The translations under genes and the position numbers were made by a program. 51,640 bases of DNA from Candidatus Doudnabacteria bacterium (GTDB lineage Bacteria > Patescibacteriota > Doudnabacteria > UBA920). This document shows, piece by piece, positions 28,072-38,783 of this stretch (position 1 is the first letter of the stretch; each line of letters begins with the position of its first letter). The notes below the pieces were generated by a model. It made no database searches. It worked only from the letters and a program-made list of their open reading frames with translations, and was not told the origin of the DNA. The DNA lies in contig JBBRMG010000004.1 of assembly GCA_038230955.1 (NCBI GenBank), positions 1 through 51,640 of the forward strand. The letters run 5' to 3'.

Positions 28072-28185
28072 TTATCCTTGACGTTGTTTGTGCTTCGGTG
28101 TTTGGCAAATGACAAAAACACGGCCGAACCGCTTCACAATTTTACAATTCTTACACATTGGCTTTACGCTTGCACGTACTTTCAT
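28072..28185 (-). CDS. rpmJ: 50S ribosomal protein L36 (Zn-binding type)
   Basis: Not in the ORF track. Manual translation: [37 protein letters not shown]. Confidence 0.97.
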   Translation of the reverse strand: MKVRASVKPMCKNCKIVKRFGRVFVICQTPKHKQRQG

Positions 28186-28310
28186 ATCTTTCAATATCCT
28201 TGTCTGCCTATTCGCTCTTTAAGTGCGGGGCAGATAATTAAGGAAGGTTGCCCTTCCAATGCTGATTTCTCAGCCGCGGGTGAAATTAGTATATTTACAA
28301 CTACTGTGGA

Positions 28311-28550
28311 CTAGCGCAGACGACGTATGATTCGGCCTTTGGCCAAATCATACGGGGTCATTTCGAGGAGAACTTTGTCTCCTGGGAGGACCCGAATTTT
28401 GTGCATACGCATTTTTCCGGCCAAATGGCCCAAAACTATCTGTCCCGCCTCCAATTGGATGCGGAATCGGCCGTTTGGCAAGCTCTCGGTAACTTTACCC
28501 TCGAGCTCTATAGTCTGCTTGGAATTGTCATTACTGCCCGAATTCGCCAA
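28311..28550 (-). CDS. infA: Translation initiation factor IF-1
   Basis: [37 protein letters not shown]. Confidence 0.97.
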   Translation of the reverse strand: MANSGSNDNSKQTIELEGKVTESLPNGRFRIQLEAGQIVLGHLAGKMRMHKIRVLPGDKVLLEMTPYDLAKGRIIRRLR

Positions 28551-28640
28551 AATCGTGTGTGCTGTGTAAATATTTAACTAATATTAGACCAATTATAACT
28601 AGGGGGGCGGAAATTGTCAACTCGGAAGCCACGGATTGGC

Positions 28641-30353
28641 CTATTGCACCTTCAAATCCACTTTGCTCCCAAACCACGGAATACTGCTCTGCCATGATGG
28701 CGACAGTTTAATCTCAATATGGTCAATATCAGGGTTAGACAGTAAAATTTCGCTAGCTTCTTGCTTACTCTTACCAGAAATTTGTTGACGGATACCGGCT
28801 TCGTCAATTTTGGGAATGGCTTTGCTTTCATAATGAATCGCCAGCGCTAAAATACCGTTGGCCAAATCTACATTACGAACTTTGAGAGTGATAGAATCTT
28901 GGGCAGCATCTTGCAATGTCTTATTCTCGCCCATCGACAGAGCCAACCGCTCGCGTAGCAGCTTCACCAATTGGTCTTGATCAAAAGCAAAACCAGTAAT
29001 TTGGACTTTTGTGCTTGCCGTAAAAGACGGCGTTTCGGTTCCAACCGGTTTATCAGTAGTAAACTCAGCCGGCGTGGCAATGTAAGCGTCGCTTAATAAA
29101 GTTAAGTTTTGATCTTTTAATTTAGTGCGGATGCCGTCGACTACTCCGGTATTAATACCCTTTTGAGCCGCCTTGATATCATCCGCTGAAATTACAGAAA
29201 TAAATCGGGAGGCGCCACCAACTACTTGTGACACCGTTTTTGCATACAAACGTTGTGGCTGAGTGCCAAACGCTTGGTTGGTAATTTCCATGCGTGTACC
29301 GGCAGGAAGATTATAGGCCTCTCCCCCATTTTGCGCCGTAATATCACCCAACGTCGCCCCGGTATCATTATTAGGACTTGATAATGCCTTGATATTATTT
29401 TGATCTGCGTCGAAAGTATAATTCTTATTTCCCACGCTCAATACGGTTGTGGTGGCTTTTAAATTAATGGGCGACCCCGTTAAATTATAGATAACCACGC
29501 GGCCCTGAGCTTTGCTGCCCACTTCTTTTTTTCCAGTGGTCTGGAACGTTTGGGATTGATCCACTAATTCGCTGACCTGTTTTGCCGGCATCGTTAATTT
29601 AGCAGCGTCAGCCGAAGTCACTTTAGTATCTAAGTTCATATCGATGTCGCGAGAAATGTTTTGCACTTTTGCGTAAGCAATAACCTCAGCATGAGGCAAC
29701 ACCACTAACATCAACACCATTAACACAACGAGGCTAATAGCAACAAAAGCAATTAATTTTTTACGCGGTAAGCGGCTATTAATTTGAGAGTCGTGTTTTG
29801 CTAACGGCGGTACTGCCCGTTGGCGAGAAACTTGAGCAGATCTGGCTGCCAACGAAGGCAACGCAGCAGCTAATCCTTCAGCATTTTTCGTCGTAGTCGT
29901 AGATGATTTGATAGTTCGGCGAATAGGACTAGTCGGTACCACCGCTACACCAGGAACAGCCTTCCGCAATAGTTTTGTCGGGCGCTTCACGGGACGTGAT
30001 GCCATGGCTTCTGGTTCCGGCATTTCTGGTAGCACAACAGCAGGCGGTTGGGTATGATGGGACCGACGACCGATGTCAGAAAAACCCCGTGGCCCAGGAC
30101 TCTTCGGCAAAAATCTCAATGCAAATCCAGCTTCCTTGGCATACATCTGGCCAACTTCGTCCATTGTTAAAATGGATGCAGTTTTGCCCATCATATCAAT
30201 CTGCTTTTTAAGCAAGCGGAGGTTGATACTATCGGCAAATATAAAACTTTTCTTAGGAAAAACTAAAACCACCTCGGGAACTTTTTCCCGTTTTAGTTTG
30301 GACGTAATCTTTGCAACGTCGTCCTCAAGGTTTAAATATATGGTTTTTACCAT
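28641..30353 (-). CDS. Conserved membrane-anchored hypothetical protein (baseplate-J-like extracellular region)
   Basis: N-terminal 'NLRLLK' domain, basic linker, single TM, TGKK..KAQG.V.IYN and GGEAYN motifs. Confidence 0.6.
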   Translation of the reverse strand: MVKTIYLNLEDDVAKITSKLKREKVPEVVLVFPKKSFIFADSINLRLLKKQIDMMGKTASILTMDEVGQMYAKEAGFALRFLPKSPGPRGFSDIGRRSHHTQPPAVVLPEMPEPEAMASRPVKRPTKLLRKAVPGVAVVPTSPIRRTIKSSTTTTKNAEGLAAALPSLAARSAQVSRQRAVPPLAKHDSQINSRLPRKKLIAFVAISLVVLMVLMLVVLPHAEVIAYAKVQNISRDIDMNLDTKVTSADAAKLTMPAKQVSELVDQSQTFQTTGKKEVGSKAQGRVVIYNLTGSPINLKATTTVLSVGNKNYTFDADQNNIKALSSPNNDTGATLGDITAQNGGEAYNLPAGTRMEITNQAFGTQPQRLYAKTVSQVVGGASRFISVISADDIKAAQKGINTGVVDGIRTKLKDQNLTLLSDAYIATPAEFTTDKPVGTETPSFTASTKVQITGFAFDQDQLVKLLRERLALSMGENKTLQDAAQDSITLKVRNVDLANGILALAIHYESKAIPKIDEAGIRQQISGKSKQEASEILLSNPDIDHIEIKLSPSWQSSIPWFGSKVDLKVQ

Positions 30354-30387
30354 GACTAAAGGCTATTTATGCCCTTATTGTACGATA

Positions 30388-31548
30388 CTATGCCCCGTGG
30401 TGCAAACGCTTGGTAAAACTAATTTTTTTACTGTTTTCGACTTCGGGTTGGTCAAAAGGATTCACTCCTCTTACCACTGAACCGTAAACGGCGTAAAGTT
30501 GCCAAAAAGCCAACAACCCGCCTAAGGTTTTAGGCGAGATATTATCGAGTTGCAGCGAAGCCATGGGAATACTCTTAATACGAGCGTCTTCCAACACGCC
30601 TTCTAACTCATACCGCAACGCTCGACTTAACGGAATTTGATTTAACGCTTTTAATGTACCGTCTTTATAAGGCAAGTCTAATAACGCCGGCGGAATAATA
30701 GTGCGCAAATCGTGATTTGGTTTCAGAACACTCATAATAAACCCAGCCATATTGCGACGACCGCCGAAAAATCTTTGATTAGTGTGATGCTGGGACTCCG
30801 GCGCCTCATGCGCTAGATAAGTTTGACCCTTGCCGTCTTTGCCAAAACTTTCATGGCATAACTGAACAACTAAGTTTGATAATGGGAACAATGCGGCAGA
30901 GTAAATTGGAATAAACACATCGACAAAGCCCCGTTGTTCTAATTGCCAAAAAACAGAAGCGGCGCGCCATGCATCATTATCACTATCATATTTTTCGTAA
31001 ACAGCCTTTGCTCCTTCAAACAAAGCTTCTATGTCAAAGCCGCACAATGCTGATGACAACAATGCCACTTCTGTCATGCCAGTATAGCGACCGCCAATAG
31101 GCGGATGCTCTTCAATTGCAGCCCCTAACTTTCCACCAATTTTAGCTAACGGACTCCCTAGTGCGGTAATAAATAACAAAGGATAATTAGTAAACTGCAT
31201 TAGCGCTTCTATTTGAGTGGTTGTTTCACCGGACTTAGAAATCGCAACGACTAAAGTATTTTCGGGCAACAAGTCTTGTTTTAACTCCGTAATATAATCA
31301 GGGTCATTTGTGCTAAGCACATATGCACGTTTGGCCGACAATGTTTTTAGAGCACCATAAATACCTATGAAGCTAGTTATGCTCCCTCCATGGCCAATAA
31401 TTAAAATATTATTATATGTTTTGTATCGTTCCGCAACTTCTCTAATACGGTCAAACTTGGGCCGATAATCTATGAACGGTGGACGAGAAGGCAAAGTGAC
31501 AGTAGAAATAGCAGCTGGGTCAGGGCAATTAAAAAATTCTAGGTTCAT
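30388..31548 (-). CDS. pgi: Glucose-6-phosphate isomerase, short form
   Basis: GHGGS, SKSGET, IGGRY, ESFGK, NPFDQPEVE.SK. Confidence 0.82.
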   Translation of the reverse strand: MNLEFFNCPDPAAISTVTLPSRPPFIDYRPKFDRIREVAERYKTYNNILIIGHGGSITSFIGIYGALKTLSAKRAYVLSTNDPDYITELKQDLLPENTLVVAISKSGETTTQIEALMQFTNYPLLFITALGSPLAKIGGKLGAAIEEHPPIGGRYTGMTEVALLSSALCGFDIEALFEGAKAVYEKYDSDNDAWRAASVFWQLEQRGFVDVFIPIYSAALFPLSNLVVQLCHESFGKDGKGQTYLAHEAPESQHHTNQRFFGGRRNMAGFIMSVLKPNHDLRTIIPPALLDLPYKDGTLKALNQIPLSRALRYELEGVLEDARIKSIPMASLQLDNISPKTLGGLLAFWQLYAVYGSVVRGVNPFDQPEVENSKKISFTKRLHHGA

Positions 31549-31579
31549 AATTTTGTTTTGTTTATTTAAACTTAATGCT

Positions 31580-33358
31580 TTAAGGCTCTATTTTTGCTTT
31601 AATGCGCCGCATTCCCGCTGATACCGATTCTTCTTTGGCAATATGAAATTTGCCGACTAAATTAGTATGTTCAACGTGCGGACCGCCACAAAATTCCCGA
31701 GATATTATATCGCCGGTTTTTGCATCGGTCATGGTATATATAGAAACAGTATCGGCGTACTTTTCACCGAACAAGCCAATCGCACCCAATTCACGGGCTC
31801 GCTTTAAAGGCATAAACTCTTGTTTCACCACGGCATCTAGTTCAATCCATTGATTGACCAAATCTTCGACTTGCTTCTTCTGCTCATCGGTCATTTTCTG
31901 GCCGTAATTAAAATCAAATCGGGTCCGCTCCGCTGTAATATTACTGCCGCGTTGATAAACATCATTTCCCAGCACATCGCGCAATGCTTTATGCATTAAA
32001 TGGGTAGCAGTGTGGTATCTGACCACTTTATCGGAATGATCTACCAGTCCACCTTTGAAATCACCCACGGCAGCTGTGCGCGAAATGTCTTGATGCTTTT
32101 TGAATTCTGCCGCGAATTCGTCCTGGTTGACTGCTTGACCCGCTGCCTCTGCCAACTCTCGAGTTAACTCAATCGGAAAACCAAATGTCTGGTATAAATT
32201 AAAGGCATCGGTGCCAGATATAGCGCCTTGCTTTTCAAACATTTTTTCAAATTCCCTCAAACCTTTTTCCAAAGTTTTGCCGAATTTAGATTGCTCCCCT
32301 TCTATGATGTGATAAATGTTTTCGGAACGCTCTATTAATTCCGGATAACTTTCAGCATATTCGGCGATCACTTTGCCAATAAGCGATTTCAACCAATGCC
32401 CTTGCAAGTTCAAGACCTTGGCGTAGACCATACTTCGGCGTAATAAGCGGCGCAAAATATAACCACGGTCTTTGTTAGTCGGTTCCACACCATCACCTGC
32501 CAAAAATACGCTAGCCCGGATGTGGTCTACTATAATACGGGCGCGGCGGACTTCGTCATTGGAAAGAACGTCTTGGTCGAGCGCGATAACATCAAACATC
32601 TGTTTAAACAATTCAGTATCATAAACGGAACGCTGACCATTGAGCACCGCTAATGTGCGGTCTAAGCCCATACCGGTATCAACATTTTGTTTGGCCAAAG
32701 GTACCAAACCGCCGTCCGCTTTTTGGTCGTACTGCATAAACACATCGTTCCAAATTTCCACCCATCGGGGATCGCTTTCCGTTTCCTGAAAATTGGCGGG
32801 AGCAGGGGTACCGTCATCAATCCAATAAAACATCTCGGTATCGGGTCCACACGGCCCAGTCGTTCCAGCAATCCACCAATTATTTTCCTTCGGTAATTTG
32901 GCTATGCGGCTTTGAGGAATACCCAAACGCAACCAATGACCGTAAGACTCTTCGTCATAAGGAGCGGAGTCATCGCCGGCAAAAACAGAAACCGCCAAGC
33001 GCTCCTTCGGAATATTTAACCATTGCGGTGATGTCAGAAATTCGTAGCTCCACTCAATTGCTTCTTTTTTAAAATAGTCGCCAAAACTCCAGTTGCCGAG
33101 CATTTCGAAAAATGTCAAATGAGTGTTGTCGCCCACTTCATCTATATCAATAGTACGGATGCATTTTTGAAAATTGGCCACGCGCGTGCCTCCCGGATGC
33201 TCTTGTCCCATGAGGTACGGTACCAAGGGAAACATACCCGCCATAGTAAACAAGACCGAAGAATCATTTTCCGGCACCAAAGATGCGGACGGAATAATTG
33301 TATGGCCTTTGGATTTAAAGAACTCAATCCATTTTTCTCGCAAGTGTTGAGCAGTCAT
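31580..33358 (-). CDS. alaS: Alanine-tRNA ligase lacking the C-Ala domain
   Basis: LFTMAGM, QKCIR, HLTFFEMLGNWSFGDYFK, DTGMG, editing motifs HTATH and CGGPH; 592 aa. Confidence 0.96.
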   Translation of the reverse strand: MTAQHLREKWIEFFKSKGHTIIPSASLVPENDSSVLFTMAGMFPLVPYLMGQEHPGGTRVANFQKCIRTIDIDEVGDNTHLTFFEMLGNWSFGDYFKKEAIEWSYEFLTSPQWLNIPKERLAVSVFAGDDSAPYDEESYGHWLRLGIPQSRIAKLPKENNWWIAGTTGPCGPDTEMFYWIDDGTPAPANFQETESDPRWVEIWNDVFMQYDQKADGGLVPLAKQNVDTGMGLDRTLAVLNGQRSVYDTELFKQMFDVIALDQDVLSNDEVRRARIIVDHIRASVFLAGDGVEPTNKDRGYILRRLLRRSMVYAKVLNLQGHWLKSLIGKVIAEYAESYPELIERSENIYHIIEGEQSKFGKTLEKGLREFEKMFEKQGAISGTDAFNLYQTFGFPIELTRELAEAAGQAVNQDEFAAEFKKHQDISRTAAVGDFKGGLVDHSDKVVRYHTATHLMHKALRDVLGNDVYQRGSNITAERTRFDFNYGQKMTDEQKKQVEDLVNQWIELDAVVKQEFMPLKRARELGAIGLFGEKYADTVSIYTMTDAKTGDIISREFCGGPHVEHTNLVGKFHIAKEESVSAGMRRIKAKIEP

Positions 33359-33405
33359 ATACTCTATTTTAACTAATTTTGCAGAATTATTAAAGGTGGT
33401 CTAAA

Positions 33406-33430
33406 AAAGACTCCCGTACTGGGAGTCTTT
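33406..33430 (-). terminator. Intrinsic terminator
   Basis: aaagactccc-gtact-gggagtcttt. Confidence 0.75.
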
Positions 33431-33436
33431 GATAAT

Positions 33437-34651
33437 TTACTTCACCACCTCGTTTACTGCTGCGTCCATCTGAGGATCTTTATTCTTAGCTATATCATCA
33501 TCACTCAACTTTACTTCAATGTCAGGGTTTAACCCGTCTTTATTCAAATTTTTCCCGCCTGGAGTAATCCACTTAGCCACTGTCACTTTCAAAGCGGAGC
33601 CCCCTGGCAAGTCTACTAGCTCCTGCACGCTACCTTTACCAAAACTTTTTACACCAATTAGCTTAGCAATATTGTAATCATGTAAAGCGCCGGCCAAAAT
33701 TTCTGCGGCCGAAGCGGAACCCGCATTAATCAATGCTACCGTTTTAATTTTGCTTAACTTACCGTAACCATAAGAGTTATACGGAACAGACTCAGTCGCA
33801 CTATGAGCTTCAGTGACCACTACTTTATTCTTTTCAATCCAATTCGATGCCGTGTCAACAGCACTTTCTAAATAACCCCCTGGGTTATTACGTAAGTCGA
33901 GCACAATTCCATCAGCCTTTTGAGCAGTAATATCAATAACCGCTTTGTCGAACAACTCTTTGGTGTCATCGCCAAATTTAGCAAGCGTGAGAACGGCAAT
34001 CTTTTTACCGTTGACTTCCTTATAGGTAACCTTCACGCTTTTTACAGCAATGGTGTCACGAGTAATCTTAACTTCAAATGGTTTGTCGGCCCCTCTCCGA
34101 TAAATGCTCAATGTAACGGCCGTTCCTTTTTTGCCGCGAATTTTATTAACCGCATCATCTACCGACATGTCGGCTGTACTCTGACCATCGATGGAGACTA
34201 TAATGTCAGCGGCTTTCAAGCCAGCGCGTTGGGCAGGAGTACCGTCGAGGGGGGCGATAATGACAATGGAATTATCTTTCTTGCCCACTTCAGCCCCAAT
34301 GCCGTCGAAGCTGCCCTTTAATTCAGTTTTGAAACTATTTAATTCCGCCGGATCAAAAAATGTTGTATATTGATCCCCGGCCGCAGCCACTGCCCCGCGG
34401 ATTGCTCCGTATAAAACTTTTTGCTGATTAATCTGGTCGCGTTCAATGTATTTTTGCTGAACTACTTTTAGCGTATCCCACAGCAAGTTGTAATCTACTG
34501 TTGTCGGCTGATCCACCTGATTGACCACTTTAAAAGTTTTTGTATCGAATATTACACCTTTTTGGCCATTAGTGAACCCAACTCTGTACGAAGAAATGAT
34601 AAGGGCAATCGCTACAATAACGCTGAAGAATATTTTTTTGTTACCGTCCAT
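33437..34651 (-). CDS. ctpA: S41 C-terminal processing protease
   Basis: PDZ GIGA, LDLRNNPGG, SASAAEI, SFGKGSVQ. Confidence 0.93.
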   Translation of the reverse strand: MDGNKKIFFSVIVAIALIISSYRVGFTNGQKGVIFDTKTFKVVNQVDQPTTVDYNLLWDTLKVVQQKYIERDQINQQKVLYGAIRGAVAAAGDQYTTFFDPAELNSFKTELKGSFDGIGAEVGKKDNSIVIIAPLDGTPAQRAGLKAADIIVSIDGQSTADMSVDDAVNKIRGKKGTAVTLSIYRRGADKPFEVKITRDTIAVKSVKVTYKEVNGKKIAVLTLAKFGDDTKELFDKAVIDITAQKADGIVLDLRNNPGGYLESAVDTASNWIEKNKVVVTEAHSATESVPYNSYGYGKLSKIKTVALINAGSASAAEILAGALHDYNIAKLIGVKSFGKGSVQELVDLPGGSALKVTVAKWITPGGKNLNKDGLNPDIEVKLSDDDIAKNKDPQMDAAVNEVVK

Positions 34652-34677
34652 GAATTAAATGTTTTAAAAAATCTTTA

Positions 34678-36417
34678 CTAAGACATAATATCAGATATGA
34701 CCTCTTTTCGCGACTTCTCTGGAAAAGCCTCGCTCTGAGAGTCATAACGGCGCAAAATTAAGCCGACTGTGCCTAGGGCAATGAAGAAGTACATTAAAAT
34801 CCGGTCATTAAATAGGGTCACGTCAAATATCCCATAAGCCAAGAACCAAATAAAGACCATCGCCATAGAAATGACCATCATGGTAAAAATGTTTTCCTCG
34901 TTTTTATGTTTCTGAATAAACACCCACATGGCCGACAAGGCTTTACCAAAGAACAACAAGAACGAAAGCAACCCGGCAAATCCTATCTCAACCAGTAAAT
35001 TCAAGTACTGGCTATGGGCAGAGACAAATTTCTGGGGCAAGTTGTAACGTAAATTCTTTTCGTTAGACACTTGATCAAAGGAATAGTTTGGAGGCACATC
35101 GCGGACAATCGACACAATAAAATTACCATACCCGATGCCAAACGGATGCAGAGCCGAATAAACCAAGCTTTCTTTCCAAATGATGATACGGCCAACGTTG
35201 GAATCTTCGCCCAAATCGTAAATGCTACGCGCTCGGTCTATAAAATTTTCTTCATACCGCGAAATGCGTAATTGTTGTAGTCCGTAATTAATCGCCGGCG
35301 CCAATATAAAGAACAAAATAATTAGTAGTTGCGCTATGACCACTTTTTTCATCATGCTCACAGCAAATTTACGGAAGTATAAATACAAGCTAATCACCAA
35401 AGTTGGTAACATCCCGACCCAAATCCCCCGAGTACCAGACAAAATTACGGCCAGCCCGGAAAAACGAATAGCATACCAAATATAATATGTCCGATGTGTT
35501 AACACTTTCCACAACGCTTTCGGATTAACATGCGTCATCTTCCCTCCACTATAATAAGACAACAACGGTAAACAAAAACCCATACATAACACAGCAATCA
35601 TTCCAAATGAATGGGAGTCTGGCATTATACTGAACATGCGCAGAGATTGTCCGCCACTGGTGTATGAAAACCAAGAGTTGGAATAAATGAGAACGTTGGC
35701 TAAGGGCTGGCCAAAATACAACCGGGAAATCATTTCTGCCCAGTATTGCCAAAAATAATAGGGCGAGCTAAATAACGTGGCGATAAATTGCACATAACCC
35801 AGAAACACTATAATAGCAGTGGATATAGCGGAGTATTTTATTAAGTCGGTAATGCGTTCGCGCGTAGTCGTGGCGTTAATAAGAACAACATAGACCAGAT
35901 AAATATTAATCAAAAAGATAATCTGCTTTATAGCATGGAGTTTGAAGTGGGCAAATAGTACAGACAATATCAAGACAAACAAAAATAAGGCCAAGTACTT
36001 ATCCCAAGACATAAACCGACTATCAATCCTAGCCAAAGTATTCATTATCAATTCCCATTTGGAAGCTTTCATTTCGCGGGCTCGGCGATACATTTGGCGA
36101 AATCGGATCAGTTTTTGGAAATAATCTCGTTGCCGAATCGCGGTTCGCCCTGCCCACACTATAAATAGCCAGACAAACAAAATTCGCCACATGGGCATAC
36201 TAGCAAAGTACGGATTGGGTATAACGACATAAAACGGAATACTGGCTATAACCAAAAGAAGACCATCAAATGGGTCGGTCAGCGCAATGAAAGCGGCAAT
36301 TAAAACAACGTTGACCCAAACCACATTGTCAGGCCAGACGCCTAGGCCCATTAGTAAAACAGAAATGAACTGCCATAACACAATTATCCATAGTATTTTT
36401 CGGGTATGCTGTTGCAT
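34678..36417 (-). CDS. O-antigen ligase/polymerase family membrane protein
   Basis: Multi-TM, SGTRG, GRIIIW, PFGIGYGNF, AHSQYL..LVEIG. Confidence 0.85.
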   Translation of the reverse strand: MQQHTRKILWIIVLWQFISVLLMGLGVWPDNVVWVNVVLIAAFIALTDPFDGLLLVIASIPFYVVIPNPYFASMPMWRILFVWLFIVWAGRTAIRQRDYFQKLIRFRQMYRRAREMKASKWELIMNTLARIDSRFMSWDKYLALFLFVLILSVLFAHFKLHAIKQIIFLINIYLVYVVLINATTTRERITDLIKYSAISTAIIVFLGYVQFIATLFSSPYYFWQYWAEMISRLYFGQPLANVLIYSNSWFSYTSGGQSLRMFSIMPDSHSFGMIAVLCMGFCLPLLSYYSGGKMTHVNPKALWKVLTHRTYYIWYAIRFSGLAVILSGTRGIWVGMLPTLVISLYLYFRKFAVSMMKKVVIAQLLIILFFILAPAINYGLQQLRISRYEENFIDRARSIYDLGEDSNVGRIIIWKESLVYSALHPFGIGYGNFIVSIVRDVPPNYSFDQVSNEKNLRYNLPQKFVSAHSQYLNLLVEIGFAGLLSFLLFFGKALSAMWVFIQKHKNEENIFTMMVISMAMVFIWFLAYGIFDVTLFNDRILMYFFIALGTVGLILRRYDSQSEAFPEKSRKEVISDIMS

Positions 36418-37506
36418 TTATGCTTGTTTAAATACTGCTAACGTTTCAACTGCGCATCGGTCCCAACTATACATTTTCAACCGGTCTCGTCCTTTGGCCA
36501 CTAAACGCTCACTCAATGCTTTGTCGAACAACGCGTCTTTAATCGCTTTCTTTATTTCTATGCGACTGTGCGGATTGAAATACAACACAGCGTCGCCCCC
36601 AATTTCTGGTAAACATGATACGTTAGACACTGCCACCGGTACGCCACATTCAAACCCTTCTAGGATCCACATGCCAAACCCTTCGTAAAAACTGGGGTGA
36701 ATAAATAGATCAGCCCCCCGATACAACGGCCAACGATCATCATCTTTAATATGCCCCAAGTATATGACATTTTCCTTATTTTGTTCAATCTTCTGGAGGA
36801 TAGGCTCCGATAACCAACCGGCCCGGCCGGCTAACACTAACTTATGGGGTAATTCAGGGTACTCCTGTTTCAAATCGTTAAACGCATCTATGAGGCCAAT
36901 GACGTTTTTACGGGGCTGTAAAGTCGAAATAAAAAAGACGTATTTTTCAGGCATTTGTTTGGCCACTTCGGCAGATGGTTCAGCGGTGGTGTTATTCACT
37001 TTTTCGTAACCATGGGGAACTACTACTACTTTATCTGGGCTGACATGGTAGTACTTTACCAAATCGTCTTTGGTCGCCTCTGACACGGCGATAACTTTAC
37101 TAGCGCTCCACACAGCAAATTTAGTAGACCAATGAAGATATCGGCGCATGGACGGGGTAAAGGCTTCGGGATAATTAACCCATGCCGTATCGTGAATTGT
37201 TATCACGGACCGGCGCGGATGAATTAGCGGCAATGCGGAAGCAGGGATAAATAATTCGTCTACCGGGTGAAATATCATTTCCCAACTTATGCGCAACTGA
37301 GTCCAAAACTTCGGGAACGGCATAACCTTAATTTTAAAGTTTTGGGGTAGCGATAAAAACCAGCTTTCTGGTTCAGTGCGCAAGTACAACGTGTACTGGT
37401 TTGCGGAATCGATTTTGGCCAAATGGAGAATTAACTGCTTAGCGTAATGCTCCACTCCGGTTTTGGTCGGGTTATTGGCCCGTTCTGCTTCAAACCCAAT
37501 GTGCAT
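36418..37506 (-). CDS. GT4 glycosyltransferase
   Basis: TIHD, PRKN, PSFYEGFG..LE. Confidence 0.92.
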   Translation of the reverse strand: MHIGFEAERANNPTKTGVEHYAKQLILHLAKIDSANQYTLYLRTEPESWFLSLPQNFKIKVMPFPKFWTQLRISWEMIFHPVDELFIPASALPLIHPRRSVITIHDTAWVNYPEAFTPSMRRYLHWSTKFAVWSASKVIAVSEATKDDLVKYYHVSPDKVVVVPHGYEKVNNTTAEPSAEVAKQMPEKYVFFISTLQPRKNVIGLIDAFNDLKQEYPELPHKLVLAGRAGWLSEPILQKIEQNKENVIYLGHIKDDDRWPLYRGADLFIHPSFYEGFGMWILEGFECGVPVAVSNVSCLPEIGGDAVLYFNPHSRIEIKKAIKDALFDKALSERLVAKGRDRLKMYSWDRCAVETLAVFKQA

Positions 37507-37509
37507 ATT

Positions 37510-37776
37510 TTAACTTTTGAAGGGACCTCTATATACCCCATCGTCTACGTCATCGTCAGGGCGGACGATTCTGCCATTTTCAATCTTGTAGCCCGCGGCT
37601 TCCTGGGCCCAACTCAACTCCATGCGTGGCGTGGCCACGTCACTGTCGATTTCGGTAGTGTTGCGAGAAAAGTCCTCTATTATATTGTCTGTCGTTTCAT
37701 CTAAAGCCGGATCAGCTTCGAAATTAAACGATATTTGGCTATCCTGTGAAGAGGTGCCTGATTCATTATTATGCAT
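37510..37776 (-). CDS. Small acidic hypothetical protein
   Basis: 88-aa ORF filling the gap in the operon. Confidence 0.5.
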   Translation of the reverse strand: MHNNESGTSSQDSQISFNFEADPALDETTDNIIEDFSRNTTEIDSDVATPRMELSWAQEAAGYKIENGRIVRPDDDVDDGVYRGPFKS

Positions 37777-37836
37777 GACTTAACTTTAGCATATTAGTGG
37801 TATAATATAAAAGTCTTAGTAATAATTTATAAAAAT

Positions 37837-38382
37837 ATGAACCCAAGAAAACAGCGATCTATGTTAATGATAGCGATTGTCGTTATTTTGGCCGCTATCG
37901 CCATTTATTGGATAGCCGGTCGCTCGGCCAAAGCTCCGGAAATTCCATCTGTAAGCAATAACACCACTAATACCCCTACCGCACCTGCAAACGCTGCAAC
38001 TAACACCACTACTCCATCACCCAACACCAAACCGCCAGTAGCCGACTCTCCACTAACGGGGGACAATAACAGCCTCAGCATTGCCTCTCAAGCGGCCGGC
38101 AAAAGCGTGGTGGTTGATGCATTGTCTTTGATCAAACCAGGATTTGTCACTATTCATGAAATCGACGCCCAGGGTAAGCCCGGCAAAATTATCGGCACTT
38201 CTAAGCTCATTACAGCCGGTGCCAAAACCGATCTCATTGTTGCCGCCAATACAGTTGCCGGTAAAACCTACATTGCCATGCTTCACATAGATGATGGCAA
38301 TGGCAAATTCGACATCACCAAAGACAAAGAAGCTACCGATGCCAACGGCCGTCCTGTAGAGATAAAGTTTGTTGTGAAATAA
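37837..38382 (+). CDS. Membrane-anchored secreted hypothetical protein
   Basis: TM, Thr/Pro linker, 'GFVTIH...IIG.S...AMLH.DDGNG.FD' domain. Confidence 0.75.
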   Translation: MNPRKQRSMLMIAIVVILAAIAIYWIAGRSAKAPEIPSVSNNTTNTPTAPANAATNTTTPSPNTKPPVADSPLTGDNNSLSIASQAAGKSVVVDALSLIKPGFVTIHEIDAQGKPGKIIGTSKLITAGAKTDLIVAANTVAGKTYIAMLHIDDGNGKFDITKDKEATDANGRPVEIKFVVK

Positions 38383-38385
38383 TAC

Positions 38386-38736
38386 TTAAGCTTTCCTAAA
38401 TCTAACAGTGAATACCGGTTCGTAACGTTGGTCGTTACCATCTACAATTTCTACTGTCTCCCCCGCCATTAACTTATTAAGTGCAATATCGGAAATCATT
38501 TCGTTGTCTGTTTTGACGTGCATGCGCAGAGCATCGAGCTTTTTGAAATCGTTCATGGAATCTTCTTTCATTTCCGTTTCAATCCCCTTTTTCTTGGCTT
38601 TCAGCGACTCAAGCTTTTCTAGAACTTCTCCATACTCAGGGGAATTGTTTAAAGCATCTTTGTACATTTTTCTTAATTCTTTCTGCTCGGCTTTGGTTTC
38701 GCGAATACGCACGAAGATACTTTGCAAATCTTGCAT
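38386..38736 (-). CDS. Conserved coiled-coil hypothetical protein
   Basis: 116 aa, ends YEPVFTVRFRKA. Confidence 0.7.
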   Translation of the reverse strand: MQDLQSIFVRIRETKAEQKELRKMYKDALNNSPEYGEVLEKLESLKAKKKGIETEMKEDSMNDFKKLDALRMHVKTDNEMISDIALNKLMAGETVEIVDGNDQRYEPVFTVRFRKA

Positions 38737-38783
38737 AAGGACGTAATAGATTACTGGTAAAACGTCCTCTTATTATATCATAA

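Noticed and set aside
28078-28314. 78-aa + strand ORF
   Set aside because: Antisense shadow of rpmJ.
28641-30353. Prophage, suggested by the baseplate-J-like protein
   Set aside because: It is membrane-anchored, sits among housekeeping genes, and no other phage genes are present.
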